NCBI GenBank assembly: GCA_051362555.1
Contig: CM120644.1
Location: forward strand, 12,484,567-12,548,566
DNA: 64,000 nucleotides
Direction of reading: 5' to 3'
Origin: Lingula anatina
Taxonomy: Eukaryota > Animalia > Brachiopoda
In this document: positions 42,294 through 55,400 of the stretch, in pieces
Position numbering within the stretch: the stretch's first letter is position 1
How the letters are laid out: each line of letters opens with the position of its first letter
The notes under the pieces: model-generated
Told to the model about the DNA's origin: nothing
The model's database searches: none
The model's input: only the letters and a program-made list of their open reading frames with translations
Position numbers and translations under genes: made by a program

Positions 42294-43744
42294 GAAACGA
42301 TGTTTCAAAGAAAAGTTAGGAGTAGTCAAACAGCATTTAATAGCGACAATATTTACATGTGGTCAGTCATGAGTTGTCTTAGTTGAGGTAAATGTTGCCA
42401 CTTGTATCAGGGGAGCGTATTCGCCTGACCCTATTTTGCTTGTGTGCACGATTTATTCTATTAGCGCGCACGGTACGATTTAAGCCAGAAGTTACACATT
42501 TGACGTTTAATATGGAATATTTTAGTTTAAATGGTATGCCTAGGTAAAAATGCGTTCTTTAAAAAAAGCTCGGATCTCATATAAGATGTGAATGGAGAAG
42601 TGTGAAGTCAGATGAGGCACTACTTTTTTACTGACCACCATGTCTGTACAACCTTAGCTTCAGAGATAACTTGACACATACCTCTTCACTGTCGACTGTC
42701 TTCATCGTGTCAAGTTACACAGTGAAGAGGTAAGTTTCAAGTTATCTCTGAAGCTCAGGGTGTGTTTGTAGTACTCCTGCATTGAGTTATACGCAGTTAT
42801 TAAACTGAGCACTTCTCCTTTGGGCTGGTCAAATGTTGACTTTGGCATTGTTCTTTCCAAAAAGTATCCATATCGAATTCTCACCACCAGAATACAGGAC
42901 TCACTTGAGGTACATGTTGCCACTTTTTTTAAACGTCGGTAAAACACCAACGGCACTCATTGATAAAAAAGCCTGAACCACACCATATAAAGGAATAATC
43001 TGGGAACCACTTGACTACCATGGTTTACACGGAGAAATGATATGAACAAATAGATATAGAGATATACTAGATTGAAAGATTTAATTAACGTTTGCTGTAT
43101 TTCATTAATATGACATTTAATTTCAATATTAAATATTCAACGATGTTTTTTATTTTGCGATAGGCAGTTTATATGCATATAATAAAGTAACAAAAAAATA
43201 ACAAAAACAACACAGTTTTTAAATTTTATTTTATAATGTGAATTTTTCCTCCAGTAAATGCAATTTTTTACGTGTTAAAGCATCCTTTTGGCGTTCTCCA
43301 CCATCAGTGCACAAAACCCAAGGCTGTTCCAGACATACAGTTGTATGTGGTGGGCGGACTAACAAAAATTAAAGCATTTATGTAATGTGAAGAGGTCGAG
43401 ATATCTCATACATCTTCCATTTAAAAATGTCAAAGGACACCTATTACTAGTCTTGCTGGGAAAATATGTCCGACTAGGACATCGGTACCTGTCTGCAGGA
43501 CTTAGAATACTAAGTAGTGGGTGTCCATATGTCTTTAAATCCCAGGCACTAGGACATGCATTCCAAGGAATGGGAGACCCAGGATATGCATTCCCAGGAC
43601 GAATCCCTAGGAATACATTATCATAAAATCTGCATGGTCAATAATGTTTCTCTTCACTTAGAAGTCCTTAAATTGATGGAGAACGTCGTGGATCTCAATC
43701 ATTTTTCCATTTTCGGCGCAAACTTGAATTGAGTCAATACCTTG

Positions 43745-44335
43745 TCTTCACGGAGGATGGACGAATGAACCGAGAGATCGAAAACAGAATCTAGAAGGCA
43801 AACAACATCAGTTACCAGCTCTCCCCACTCCTCAGACATCAAAACTTTCCAATGGAACCCAAGGTTAAACTAATACAATCAATATTTATGCATACCCTCA
43901 CCTACCATGAGATGTCTACAAAAAGCAATGAACATCACGAGAAGGGATAAAATCAGGAACAGTGTGGTACGGGAAACAGTCGGGACAACACCCATCCATC
44001 AGTATATTCAAAAAGAGACTATCAATTGGTTCGGTCACCTGGCACGAATGACCCCACATCTACCAAGACAACACTCGTCCATCAGTATATTCTAAAACAG
44101 ACTATCCATTGGTTCGGTCACCTGGCACGAATGCCCCCACATCTACCGGGGAGCAAAGCGCACATAAAGAAACGCTCCGGTTTCAAGGTAAGAGGAAGAC
44201 CGAAGAAGAAGTGGGTAGATGGAGTACGTGAGATCTTGCAATTGAACAACATCCAACTCATCCAATCCTTCCACCTCACCAGAGACAAAAAACTCCAACT
44301 CTTTCTCCCCTCGACGGTACAAGAAGGATGAAAAA
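43745..44335 (+). mobile_element. 5'-truncated RTE-clade LINE fragment
   Basis: EDGRMNREIENRI*KA...EMRCLQKAMNITRRDKIRNSVVR...WFGHLARM...RGRPKKKWVDGV, with a stop, a deletion and an internal duplication. Absent from the paralogous region 36480-36560. Confidence 0.85.
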
Positions 44336-44854
44336 AATCTAACCTTCATGCGGGGATAACGCAACAAGCATTCAAATGGGTCGGCCATATTTGATTCTAT
44401 GTTGTTAAGTAAACTAATACGCGTATTGCGCGCGGGGGCTACATTAAGGTTACTTGCTTACATAATGCCTGCTTATTAAATTGCGGATCTCTCAAAGTAT
44501 ACGGGTAAAGATTGTGCTGCTTATGAATAACCCTGATGTGAAAACTCAATCTTGCGAGACCTAAAGACAATTGCCTTATCATGAATATGAAATATACACG
44601 TAATGTATGGGATAACAAAACGGATGCCTTTGACCTTTATAACTCTCACGATCCATACCTAACAAAAGGAGTTAATATGATAGATGAGTTAATGTTGACG
44701 AGGTGAAAATGGTAAACAAAAGATGCAGTTTTTCTTGCATTCAATTAGAATGCCTTTTTGATGCTTTCATACAGATGGGTGTTTCAACTCAGACCACAGT
44801 ACCATTCGTAACACAGTACAAGCGTGTGAAAGTAAAGCGCTTTTCGGGCCAGAA

Positions 44855-46363
44855 ATGTCTTGCATAGCCATGCTGAATATGCCAAGACGTATTCAACACC
44901 GCCTGCTTGGGCTACCAATGATAGTGCAACATAGCAGAAAATATGGGACATTAATCCCAACTGCTCAAATTTTATCAAAGAAGATAACAGTGTCTGTATT
45001 TGATAAACAAAGGGGAATGGCGCCAGTTATCCAGCTCAAGCTAGGCCTTGTGAAACAACCAAGGCGTTTTAGAAAGGTTAGTGATATCAGATATTGTGTG
45101 TTAAGTCTTCTGTCTCCTTGTGTTATTTTTCAAGTCAATAAATTCTTGTTTTGAATTATATTAAAGGAAGACAACAATAATATTCAATTCTAAAGTCAAG
45201 ATCTGTTAAATTAGGCGGTTCTTTTTTCCACAATATATCATGTAATGAAGCAGTTAAAACGATTTTTGACATCTATTACGCTTTGATCGTGGGATTTTTT
45301 TTATGGTAAGTCTGGGTCGTACTGTGCGTGCATTTTTTTTGCAAACGGTTTACAAGATGTTGCCGATCAAAATATTCATTCTCTCACAAGCTACCGCCAG
45401 ATTTTGTGGTTGCTTCATGGTTGCCAAAAGAGTGCAAGCACAGTGTGACCCATGCTTAACGGGCCAAATGTAAATACACATAACAAGCAAGTGTTTGAAA
45501 AACTTAAATGTCGAAGTGTAAACTTGGTATTTCCTTGCTCGTTCAGCCTGTGGAATACCCTGAAATAACTGGCTCGGATCATTGGAGACGAAAAATGCGC
45601 ACCCAATTTAGGGCCCTCGACACAAACGGTGATGGTTACTTGACAAAAGAAGATATAGAGATGGGCGCTAGACGTACTGCAGAGTACATGAATCTTAGTG
45701 GTAATTTTTTTAAATTCTTTTTAAATATAAATGACACTATTGGCTTCATGCTCTAGGTTTGTTTGATAATAAAAGCAATACTCTGTTTTGGGTTTCTGAA
45801 AGATTTTATCACTTATCCAGAAAGTGGCGCTTTTTTTATTCCGTACAGACGCACGCACACGCATTTAACGTACAAATGTGTCTTTCATTCAAGATATTGT
45901 TACAAACATATAGTTATTGATCTATTTATTTTTGTATTTATACTGTAATGTATACATTTTAGACGAAAACACTGAAATTCTTCTGGAGCAACGCCTTACC
46001 TACTGGAAAGATTCACTTTCTAAAGGTAAAATATCCGAGGATCAGTTCGTGGATAATCAGCTCGTCGTCATGAACGACAACAATTGTCGAGAAATTTTGT
46101 TTGATAGCCTTTGTTCAAGATTTCGAGCGATGGATTTGGACAGTGATGGACTTATTTCTCCAGATGAACATGCTGCTATTTTCTACAGTTTCAACATCCC
46201 TACTGAGCATTCAAAGAAAGTATTCGACATCATAGACATCGACAGTGACGGCTTCATTACCCAAGAAGAGTTCGTTCTCGCACTCACTGAATTCAATTTA
46301 ACCGAAAATCCTGACAATAAATACAACGAGTGCTTCGGTCCACTCGTTGACAATGAAAACTGA
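44855..46363 (+). CDS. EF-hand protein gene 6 (subfamily B2); exons 44855-45076, 45547-45700, 45963-46363
   Basis: Exons of 222/154/401 nt. PEITGSDHWRRKMRTQFRALDTNGDGYLTKED closely resembles the N-terminus of Renilla luciferin-binding protein as I recall it (PEITES..YHLRKMKT...DVTGDGFISRED). Confidence 0.9.
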
Positions 46364-47111
46364 TGTATTTTCTATCGCCAAAAAGAGAAAAAAATATTCT
46401 GCCCAAATGATAGTCGAGTTCAAAAGAAACATGCATGTGCTGCAATGAAAACAGCATTTCATTTATTGAGATTCGAGATAAGTGTCTAAACATACGGGAT
46501 CATGAGAAACTACAGGAACAGAAATACTGTCGAATGTGTAAAACACAAAATGAGAAAAAACACTTTTGAATACCAGGAGGGGATTGTTGTCTTTATATAT
46601 TAGCTAATTTACACACACAACAGTGTAAATGAAAGCAGACGTTTGATCGTGTGATATTTGTTGTGAGACGATAACACAGAATGCTAAAACTCTCTCAAAT
46701 ATACGCAAAGATTTGATATATTACAATTCTTTCAGCAAAACACGATGACTTTAAAGTTTTCCTTCAAATAATTACATAATAAAACATTTCAACCTTGTCC
46801 TTTAAATGAAGACAAGTTTTACAATATCCCTAATGCGCTAAGACAGTGACCGTTTTTGGCAAAATAAGATGACTCTACAATTCTTATCAGTAAAAACATG
46901 ATATAATAATATAATGAAACATTTCAAACGTGTCCTTTGAATGAAGAAAGTTATTCAATATCCATAACGCAATGATAAGACAATATAATGACTGAATTTA
47001 GCAAACAAAATTACTCTGCAATTCTTTCCGTAATTGTATTAGTACAGAGTAGGCTTTTACAGATCAATAGCCAAATGCTACAGGACTGTGAGCGGACCTG
47101 TGCTTGTTTTA

Positions 47112-47775
47112 GCCCCCGTCACACTTATTTGGAATCAGCAGGAATTAAGCAGAACCAGCCAGAGTGACTAAATTTAAAAACTCGCCCTGCATTCGGAAAG
47201 ACATTTCAAATTGACCTAAATACTTGTTAGAATGTCGTTGGAATGCTCAGAATGCGCTTGAATCCGCCTGGAATGATTCGTGCACATTTCGGCTGTATTA
47301 GTTCTCAAATGCAGCCCGAAGGTATTTGGAAAACTAGTCAGAATGCAGTCGGAATATTTAGAGTACACTTCGAAGGCCGTACGAGTGTAGTTAGATTGCT
47401 GGCTGCAACAGGATCGAGATGCATTCGAGTTGCATTCTGGCTCATTCTAGCAGGATTTGAAATGTCTTGTCATTCCTGTTCTCCCTTGAATGCGATCAGA
47501 ATGATTCGAATACTGTCAGAATGCCTTGAGAATATTTAGAATGCAGTCATGGTGCAGTTAGAATGCCATTCAAATGTCATTCGATAATTTTTCACTTGGA
47601 ATGCACTTCGAAAGTTTTTAACATGAGCAAAAGATTCGGTCCGGCAACAAGAATGGGTAAAAATATTTGGAATGCACTCGGAATTTTTAGAATGCTCTTC
47701 GATTATCCAAGAACGCACAAAGAATTGTCTTTTCGACGGCATTGTTGCCCATACCGCCTCTAATGTAACGGGGGT
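47112..47775. mobile_element. Non-autonomous DNA transposon/MITE
   Basis: Inverted ends cccccgtcacactta / taatgtaacggggg, with dispersed internal gaatg/cattc short repeats. Confidence 0.6.
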
Positions 47776-48712
47776 ATTACCCTTCCATTTGTGAGATGTG
47801 TTTAACTAAAACTCAATGCCACCTCTTTAATGGGTCAATAATAACAAATGTGCGTCTTTTTCTTTACCCAATTCAAGGAAAAAGTGATGAGTACAGTAGG
47901 TATAAAATACAACTCATACAACACCAAACGTATTCTAGATTTTATTTTGTGTATTCCCATGACAAACATTCGATACGCACTCACGGTGACAGACGCGCGT
48001 GCACCAAACACCTCATTCTTCTTTATATTTGCAAACAGCATGCACGTTCTTCAGGTGTTAGTTTGTTGATAAATCCACTTAACAGATAAGACTCCCTCCC
48101 TCTGCTTGTCACATATTTAAAATATCACCTCATATCCGAGGGCATCTAGTGCACTCGTCACTAAAATTCGCTTACAAAGCCTCAGTTACGCTTCAAGGGT
48201 CACTAAAATTGCATTAAAAGTATATCACGCCTCCGAAATTGCAGGTCTTAAACAACTTACTTTACTACTCGGGAGGTTTATCCTACCTGCTCAAAACTTA
48301 TCTACAAAAATAGCATGTCCTTATACAATAAACATAGGAAAATGACGACAGTTATCTAGGTCAACCAAGGCCTGGTGACGGGATAAAAAGCCATTAAGAA
48401 AAGATTGTCGACACGGCAGGGAATGCAATTGGAACGGATCTTACCCCCATCTTATTTATCTCGATAGGGCTACAAATAAAACAGAAGCCATCATGACTCA
48501 TAGCCATCTGTTATCAGGAAAAGGTTGTTGTAAAGTAAGTAAGTCACATATAAAACGTGTAAATGAATGTAGACTTTGGTCATGAACTTTTTGTTATAAA
48601 ATATTAACACAATGCTTTAGCTAACTTATATATATGAAGGGCTTTCATAATCTATGCAATTAGTTCACCACATCCTGATAATACAAACAGTTCATCAGAT
48701 CATTTGTCAAAA

Positions 48713-48751
<39 letters not shown>

Positions 48752-49083
48752 GTAAAAAAATATATACATTTAACATATAAAAGTATATTGCTAAAGTATA
48801 CCGCTCCAGCTTGATGGGAAAAGGGACTCCATCTTGAGAAACATGGAGGCACGACATTGCCATAATGAAATGCAGATGTACTTAGTACATGCGAAAAAGA
48901 AATCTAACGACTCAGAACTTGTAAAACGAGTTGATAATAGATACTTTAACGTTGACTGAGTGAAAACGTATGTAAAAGATGCAGCTTTTTGCATTCCATT
49001 TTTGCGTTTTTGTTGTTTGCAGAAAGGTTTTTATTCAGGCCACACTTGAATTCCTTTCATAAAAGATTTAACCTTAATTTTTA

Positions 49084-49214
49084 GGACATTTATCCCTACT
49101 GGGCAAAACTTATCAAAGAAGATACAGCTGGCCTTATATTATCAACATAGGGAAATGACGCCAGTTATGCAGCTCAAGCAAGGCCTGGTGAAACAGCCAG
49201 GGCATTTTAGAAAG
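49084..49214 (+). pseudogene. 5'-deleted subfamily B1 exon 1 (putative first exon of gene 7)
   Basis: Reads RTFIPTGQNLSKKIQLALYYQHREMTPVMQLKQGLVKQPGHFRK|gtatga. The start codon and first ~30 codons are deleted relative to gene 5; an in-frame ATG remains at 49155. Confidence 0.7.
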
Positions 49215-49798
49215 GTATGATATATTAGATATATTACATCTTTTGGCGCCATTTGTGCTTTTCATTTGTACTTTTCTTGCCTGACGTTATAGTAAAAGGA
49301 TAATAACTCTTCGTATGAGATCTATATTTCACAATAAAAACATTGTGAACAACTCATAGAAATATAATATATTCTGTTTTACCACAAAAACAGCAGTTAT
49401 AGCCATTATTGTATATCTGAGCTTGTCTTTAGACCACGTGACCTCCATTGATGGCTACACTCTGTTATAATCTTTTAAGAGATTATAACAAAAAACTTAC
49501 TTTTTTTGAAAAAAAAACAGGGACTAACTTTGAATGTAAACAATGGATTCATTAACCATCGGTAAGTATGGGAAAACTGTTGTTTACTCCTGAGAAATAA
49601 ATTATTTGGCCAAAACAAACAAAACAAAACAAACAGGTAAGTCAATTTTCAGTAAACTTCAATTAGCACAGCTTTAATATGCATAAACATACAAGCTACA
49701 TGTTGCACAAGATCTGCTAACCAATAGTTCGCGTTTTGTCTGATAAACATACAAGCTACATGTTGCACAAGATCTGTTAACCAATAGTTCGCGTTTTG

Positions 49799-49847
<49 letters not shown>

Positions 49848-49853
<6 letters not shown>

Positions 49854-50222
49854 ACCCAATGTCCTTCGGACAACCATAACCAGAAACCGACGTCCGGAGT
49901 ACCTCGGTACCTGAGGGACTTGGGTTACTGTTACACTACATCTAGATTGAAACTTTAACGAGCTCTTCCCCCATCAAGTATAAAAGGTCGTCTCATTGCT
50001 GGATGAGAAGGGAGAGGAAGAAGAGATAGAAGAAGATGATCGAGTCTGTAGATCAGCGAGCGACTGTAAGGCCGACGCTCAGGCCGCTTCTAACATGCAT
50101 AATAAATGATCAGAATAACCATTTTGGTTGTTTTGTTTTGAGTCCGTCTCCGGCAAAGGCGCACGACACCAAAGTCTTACGAACCTCACGAGAGATAGAA
50201 ACACCATAGCCTGAGGGTTACA
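49848..50222 (+). mobile_element. Possible solo LTR
   Basis: TG...CA ends, TATAAAAG near 49979 and AATAAA at 50101 in LTR-like order; no clear TSD. Confidence 0.35.
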
Positions 50223-50602
50223 ATTTGGTTATTAAGAAATTATGGTATCTATGATTGGAAATGTCATGACGTTGTAATTAGGTCATAAACTTAACCCCTG
50301 TTGACCTTTAAATTAGTTGCACATGATTGATTTTTCATTTAGTTGGAACTGATATATTAAACAGGTTTTAGTGAAATACGGTTACCATGATATAGATAAT
50401 ATGACATTATTCACTCGAAAAGTACCATGACCTTGAAATTTGGGGGTTGTGACGTCACGAGATGTAATGGTCACAGATTAGGGAGGCTCGGACGTTAGAG
50501 TGTCTTTCTTTAGTTTGGCTGCTGCTTAGTGAAATTTGAGGTCTCGACATATCTTATAAAGTCTCCTAGCAGTGTCTGTACGCAGGTGGATGTAAGCAAA
50601 AG

Positions 50603-51574
50603 ATGGCACAGTCTGCTATTACTAGTTTCCTAACGGGCACCAGGGAGAGGACTGGGATTGACATCCAAGATGGAGGAATATATGATGACGACGACCAGTC
50701 AAGCCCCGTACAGCCTCCTGGTAAAAGAGGTAGGCCAAATACGCCTGAAAATAGGACTGTGTCTTCTGATGCCTTTTCTAATGATCCCGACCCGAATCTT
50801 CTTAACTTTCTAAGCCAGTTTGAATCACGTATGAAAGACATGCTCACTGATTTCGAGAAACATTTGGATGAGAAAATGAAATCTGTCGATGTGAAAATTC
50901 GAGCGGCAATAAATGAGGCCATTACATCTAAAATAGCTCCCATCAAATCCCAGCTTGCCGAAATTAATGCGGAGCTGCAGGACGAACTTAGCTTGTTACG
51001 AGCAGAAAATCTGAAAATAAAAGAGGATCTAAATCAAGTAACACTTCTTGCTAATCAGAACTCTCAGTATTCGAGACGCTTACAGCTAAGATTTTCCGGG
51101 GTCCCCTTAAGTGAAATGGAGAAAAAAGAGCCTTTCAATGTGAAGCATTGCATCTCCAGCTTGGTGAAAACTTTATCTGACACACCGATTCATCCAAAAC
51201 TTGTCAGCGATGATATAGAAACGGCGCATAGGCTACCTCAACATAAGAGGGCAGATCAAAGCCAAATTATAATTAGGCTGAAGTCTAAAGCTGTCCGTGA
51301 TGACTTTATTGGAAATAGATTTCTGTTGAAAGGGACCGGGATCCGTGTCTATGAAGATTTAAGCCCAATGAATCGTGGTCTTTTAAGAAGACTGACGGAT
51401 CACGGTTCGATCTCTAATTGTTGGTCAGACAGAGGGAAAATTCTTGGGAAAACCAAAAACGGAGTCATTCGTGTCTTCCAAGTAACTGACGACATTGACA
51501 ATATTATCACCGACATGGAAAATGCCCCTGCCAAACCACCCGTAATTCGTAAACCACGCAAGCAAGTGGTGTGA
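50603..51574 (+). CDS. LINE ORF1 protein (coiled coil plus RRM-like nucleic-acid-binding domain)
   Basis: 323 aa ORF. A heptad-rich region is followed by QYSRRLQLRFSGVP...DIETAHRL...IIIRL...IRVYEDLS...CWSDRGKI, typical of invertebrate LINE ORF1. Confidence 0.9.
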   Translation: MAQSAITSFLTGTRERTGIDIQDGGIYDDDDQSSPVQPPGKRGRPNTPENRTVSSDAFSNDPDPNLLNFLSQFESRMKDMLTDFEKHLDEKMKSVDVKIRAAINEAITSKIAPIKSQLAEINAELQDELSLLRAENLKIKEDLNQVTLLANQNSQYSRRLQLRFSGVPLSEMEKKEPFNVKHCISSLVKTLSDTPIHPKLVSDDIETAHRLPQHKRADQSQIIIRLKSKAVRDDFIGNRFLLKGTGIRVYEDLSPMNRGLLRRLTDHGSISNCWSDRGKILGKTKNGVIRVFQVTDDIDNIITDMENAPAKPPVIRKPRKQVV

Positions 51575-52410
51575 GTAGCCGTCGTGCAGTCTTTTGTGTG
51601 CTTTCAATTTGCCACTGAACAACAGTCAACGTAGCTAGCTATACAACATCACTACTTAGTCAAGCTTGTGTGCTTCCATTTGTCACTAAAGAACAGCCAA
51701 GTTAGTCAGCTATATCACATCTTTTTAGCCAAGCATGTAAACATCTACACGACTGATCGGTTATCTTGTTACCACATGGAGAATGTAACTATGGAGTTGT
51801 CTCTCTATATAGCCAGTCAGAAAATACAAAATTTTAATCTGAGGTGTAACTGACCAAACATTTATTGGTGATTATCCTCGATGAGCTTTAGTTTGATTTT
51901 ACGTAGGTTTTAGAGTCATGTCTCTATTAATCAATGGATAAATGCATATTTAAGCTGGTGTGTAACTAGAAAAATGTCAATTTAATTACACGATACCTGG
52001 CTCATAATGGATGAGACACCAAACGATGGTTAAGATGGATGACTTACTGTTATCAACTTCTGATGACCATTATCTGTTTTACGATGGACGAAATAGTAAT
52101 CAATAACTGGTCCAGATGACATAAGTAAGCACATGCAAGCCTTGCACATCAATGACCTTACTAATGGAGATTGGTAGAAAACTTACAGCCGTATTTAATT
52201 CCGAAGCCATCCCAAACCTTGCCTTTTCTTTTCACCGTGCCATCTCAATCTACACTATACGACCTGTCAAGAGTATTATCTATTCTGTTTTGTTCTTTCC
52301 CATTTATATAACCATGTTCTTTAACTGTTTTATATGTTGTGAAGGGGAGCCGGAGGAGGGACTTGGCATGGGGATCAGGGGGGATGTATCGTGGGAGGTG
52401 TACCATCTAA

Positions 52411-55400
52411 ATGGGGATTAGCTTGATGCAGTGGAGGGTGACGGTTGGTTGTTTCTGCTGTCTCAAAGGTATGGCTAAGAAAAGGGAAACACACCTTAAG
52501 TTCCCTTATTTAATTTATATGAAACCGTTAACCGCTCTCATCTTCCTCTTTATCATTGTAACTTTGTGCCTTTACTTGGTATATCCTATAAGTGTAACCC
52601 AAGATCATAAAGATCGGCCGGTTATTCCATTCTCCTTTGCGTGTGTCGCTGGCGGCAATCTGTCCTCACTACTGTTACTTTGTTGCATATCGCAATTATT
52701 CGCTAAATCATATTATGTGAAAACCTATATACTTATTGCGGCTGAACTACTTGCATTTTATTTAACTCTCTTCCAAACGACGTCGACATTTCAATATATA
52801 AGTCTGTCAGGATTCAAACTTCTTCTCGCCGGTGACGTACATCCCAACCCAGGGCCTAGGCTTAAACCTGAAAATGACTTAAAAATACTCTTTTCGAATA
52901 TACGTAGCCTTGGGGCCGAAAACGGGCTAAGGTTTGACGCTCTATCCATTCGCGCTAAACAATTGGAAATTAATATAATCGGTCTGTGTGAAGCGGGGAA
53001 AATTCCTGAGCATTATCTGACTAGTAAATATTACATCGATGGCTATCATAATCCTTTATACTCGGAAAAGGGACGTGGCTTTATAATTTATGTGGGGAAT
53101 GACATGATATATAAAATAAGAGAGGACTTGTGTAACACGGAGTTGGATTGCCTTTGGATTGAATTACAGCTTAAATATAAAAAGCTTCTGTATGGTATTT
53201 TTTACAGATCTCCAAGCCAAACTGCAAATGAAAGAAACCAATTTATAAGTCAATTATCTGATTGTCTCTATAGAGCTAAATTATCCAGATCTGACGGAAT
53301 AATCATCAACGGGGACTTTAACGCCCACTCACGGAACTGGTACCTGGGTGGAAGGGATGATGTTGCAGGTGAATTGCTACATGATCTGTTCTCAACCCAT
53401 GGTCTGGACCAGCTAGTAAGAGAACCAACCAGAATACAAGGTGATTCATCCTCGTGCATTGACTTGACAGTTACTGATATCCCAGGGTTGGTTACAAATG
53501 TGTCAGTTGAGGCTCCCATTGGATCGACCGATCATAGCACTCTCGTGTCCTCATTTGATGTTTTTCTGCTTAAATATAAGCCATATAAGAAAATAATCTG
53601 GAAATATGATCAAGCTAATATTCATGGTCTAAACAATGATATTATAAGCTTTGATTGGGATACCTTTTTTCAATCTCAAAATAATATACACGAAATGACT
53701 AGAAATTTTACTGAAAGATTACTCCTTATCTTTAAAAAGCATATTCCGCAAAAAGTAAGAATTATTAAAAGGAATGATAAACCTTGGTTTTCTGATAGAC
53801 TAAAACATGAAATAAATAAAAAAAAGAAACTTTATGCTAAAATGAAAACCAATCCTACTCCGGGCAATATACTCTGTTATGATACTCAGTCTGTGCTTGT
53901 TAAGGAACTTATAAGGGATACGAAGGAATCCTACTTTAACAGTTTAATTGAAAGCCTTGATGAAAAACCTGGCAATGGTCGTAAATTATTTTGGCCGACT
54001 ATTAAAAACCTTATCGGTTCAAAATACACTACGTCAATTCCAACCCTTTTAAACCATTCGACTGGCCAAATTGCGATTACAGATTCAGAGAAGGCCAAAG
54101 TTTTCCTAGATTATTTTTCAGAAAGGTACCATTCCGATGTAGTGACTTCCACAGCATTAGTTAACTTCCCTGATAAAACAAATGCAATTTTGACAGAAAT
54201 TGATTTTAATGACACTGAGATCAAAGTTATAATCGATGATATGGATGCATCTAAGGCAAGTGGTCCGGACTCGGTGACGATAAAAATGTTAAAACTAAGC
54301 AAAGATGTTGTTGTGAAACCATTATGTATTTTATTTAATTATATTATTCAATCTAACACCTACCCTGACCTGTGGAAAATGGCGTTTATTTGCCCGATTT
54401 ATAAGAAAGGTGACAGAAGTTGCATAGATAACTATAGACCAGTGTCACTTTTGAGCGTCTTATCCAAACTTTTGGAAAAAATTATTTATAAAAGGATGAT
54501 TAATCATGTCGTTAACAATAATTTATTGTTTGAAAAACAATCCGGGTTTCTTAAGGGTCATAGCACTGAACACCAATTACTGGCAATTCAAAATTTGATT
54601 AGATCTAACTTTAGAAAGGGCCGAGATGTAAGAGGAATATTTCTTGATATTTCAGCCGCTTTTGATAAAGTTCCGCATAGTTTATTACTAATCAAGCTGT
54701 CAGCCTATGGTATTAAAGGTAACCTACTGTCACTATTATCCTCTTATTTGAGCGATAGAAAAGTAAAAGTCCGTATCAACGGCACGTTATCTGAATCTTC
54801 CAACGAATCTTACATCAACACTAGTGTTCCACAAGGCAGCATTCTCGGTCCTCTTCTTTTTCTTCTATATATAAATGATTTAGCAGACAACCTTTCTTCA
54901 GATTGTTTTCTATATGCTGACGACACGTCTATTTTTCAATCTTCTATTCCTTCTAACAGCCAGTCGCACGATGCACTTCAATCCGACCTCTCAAAGCTCG
55001 AGGAATGGTCTAACAGATGGAAACTGGAGTTCAAACCTGATAAGAGTTGTGAGGTTATATTCTCTACTAAGGTTACAGCGAATAAATACAGAAATCTAAT
55101 ATTATGTGATTTAACGATACCCCGGAAAACATTCCACAAACATCTCGGATTCGTACTAGATTCAAAACTGTCTTGTGCCGAGCATATAAGTTATCTAACT
55201 ACTAAGGCCCAAAAGGCCCTGAATCCTCTTAAGTCCCTGTCCCACAGGCTCAGATCTAGGCACTTGAATATACTATATAACGCTTACGTTCTGTCTCTGC
55301 TTGATTACTGCGACATCCTATATCACTCAGCAACTAAAAGGAATCTTTCCAAACTTTCTTCTATTCACTATCAAGCTGGTCTGCTTGTTTTAGGTGCTCT

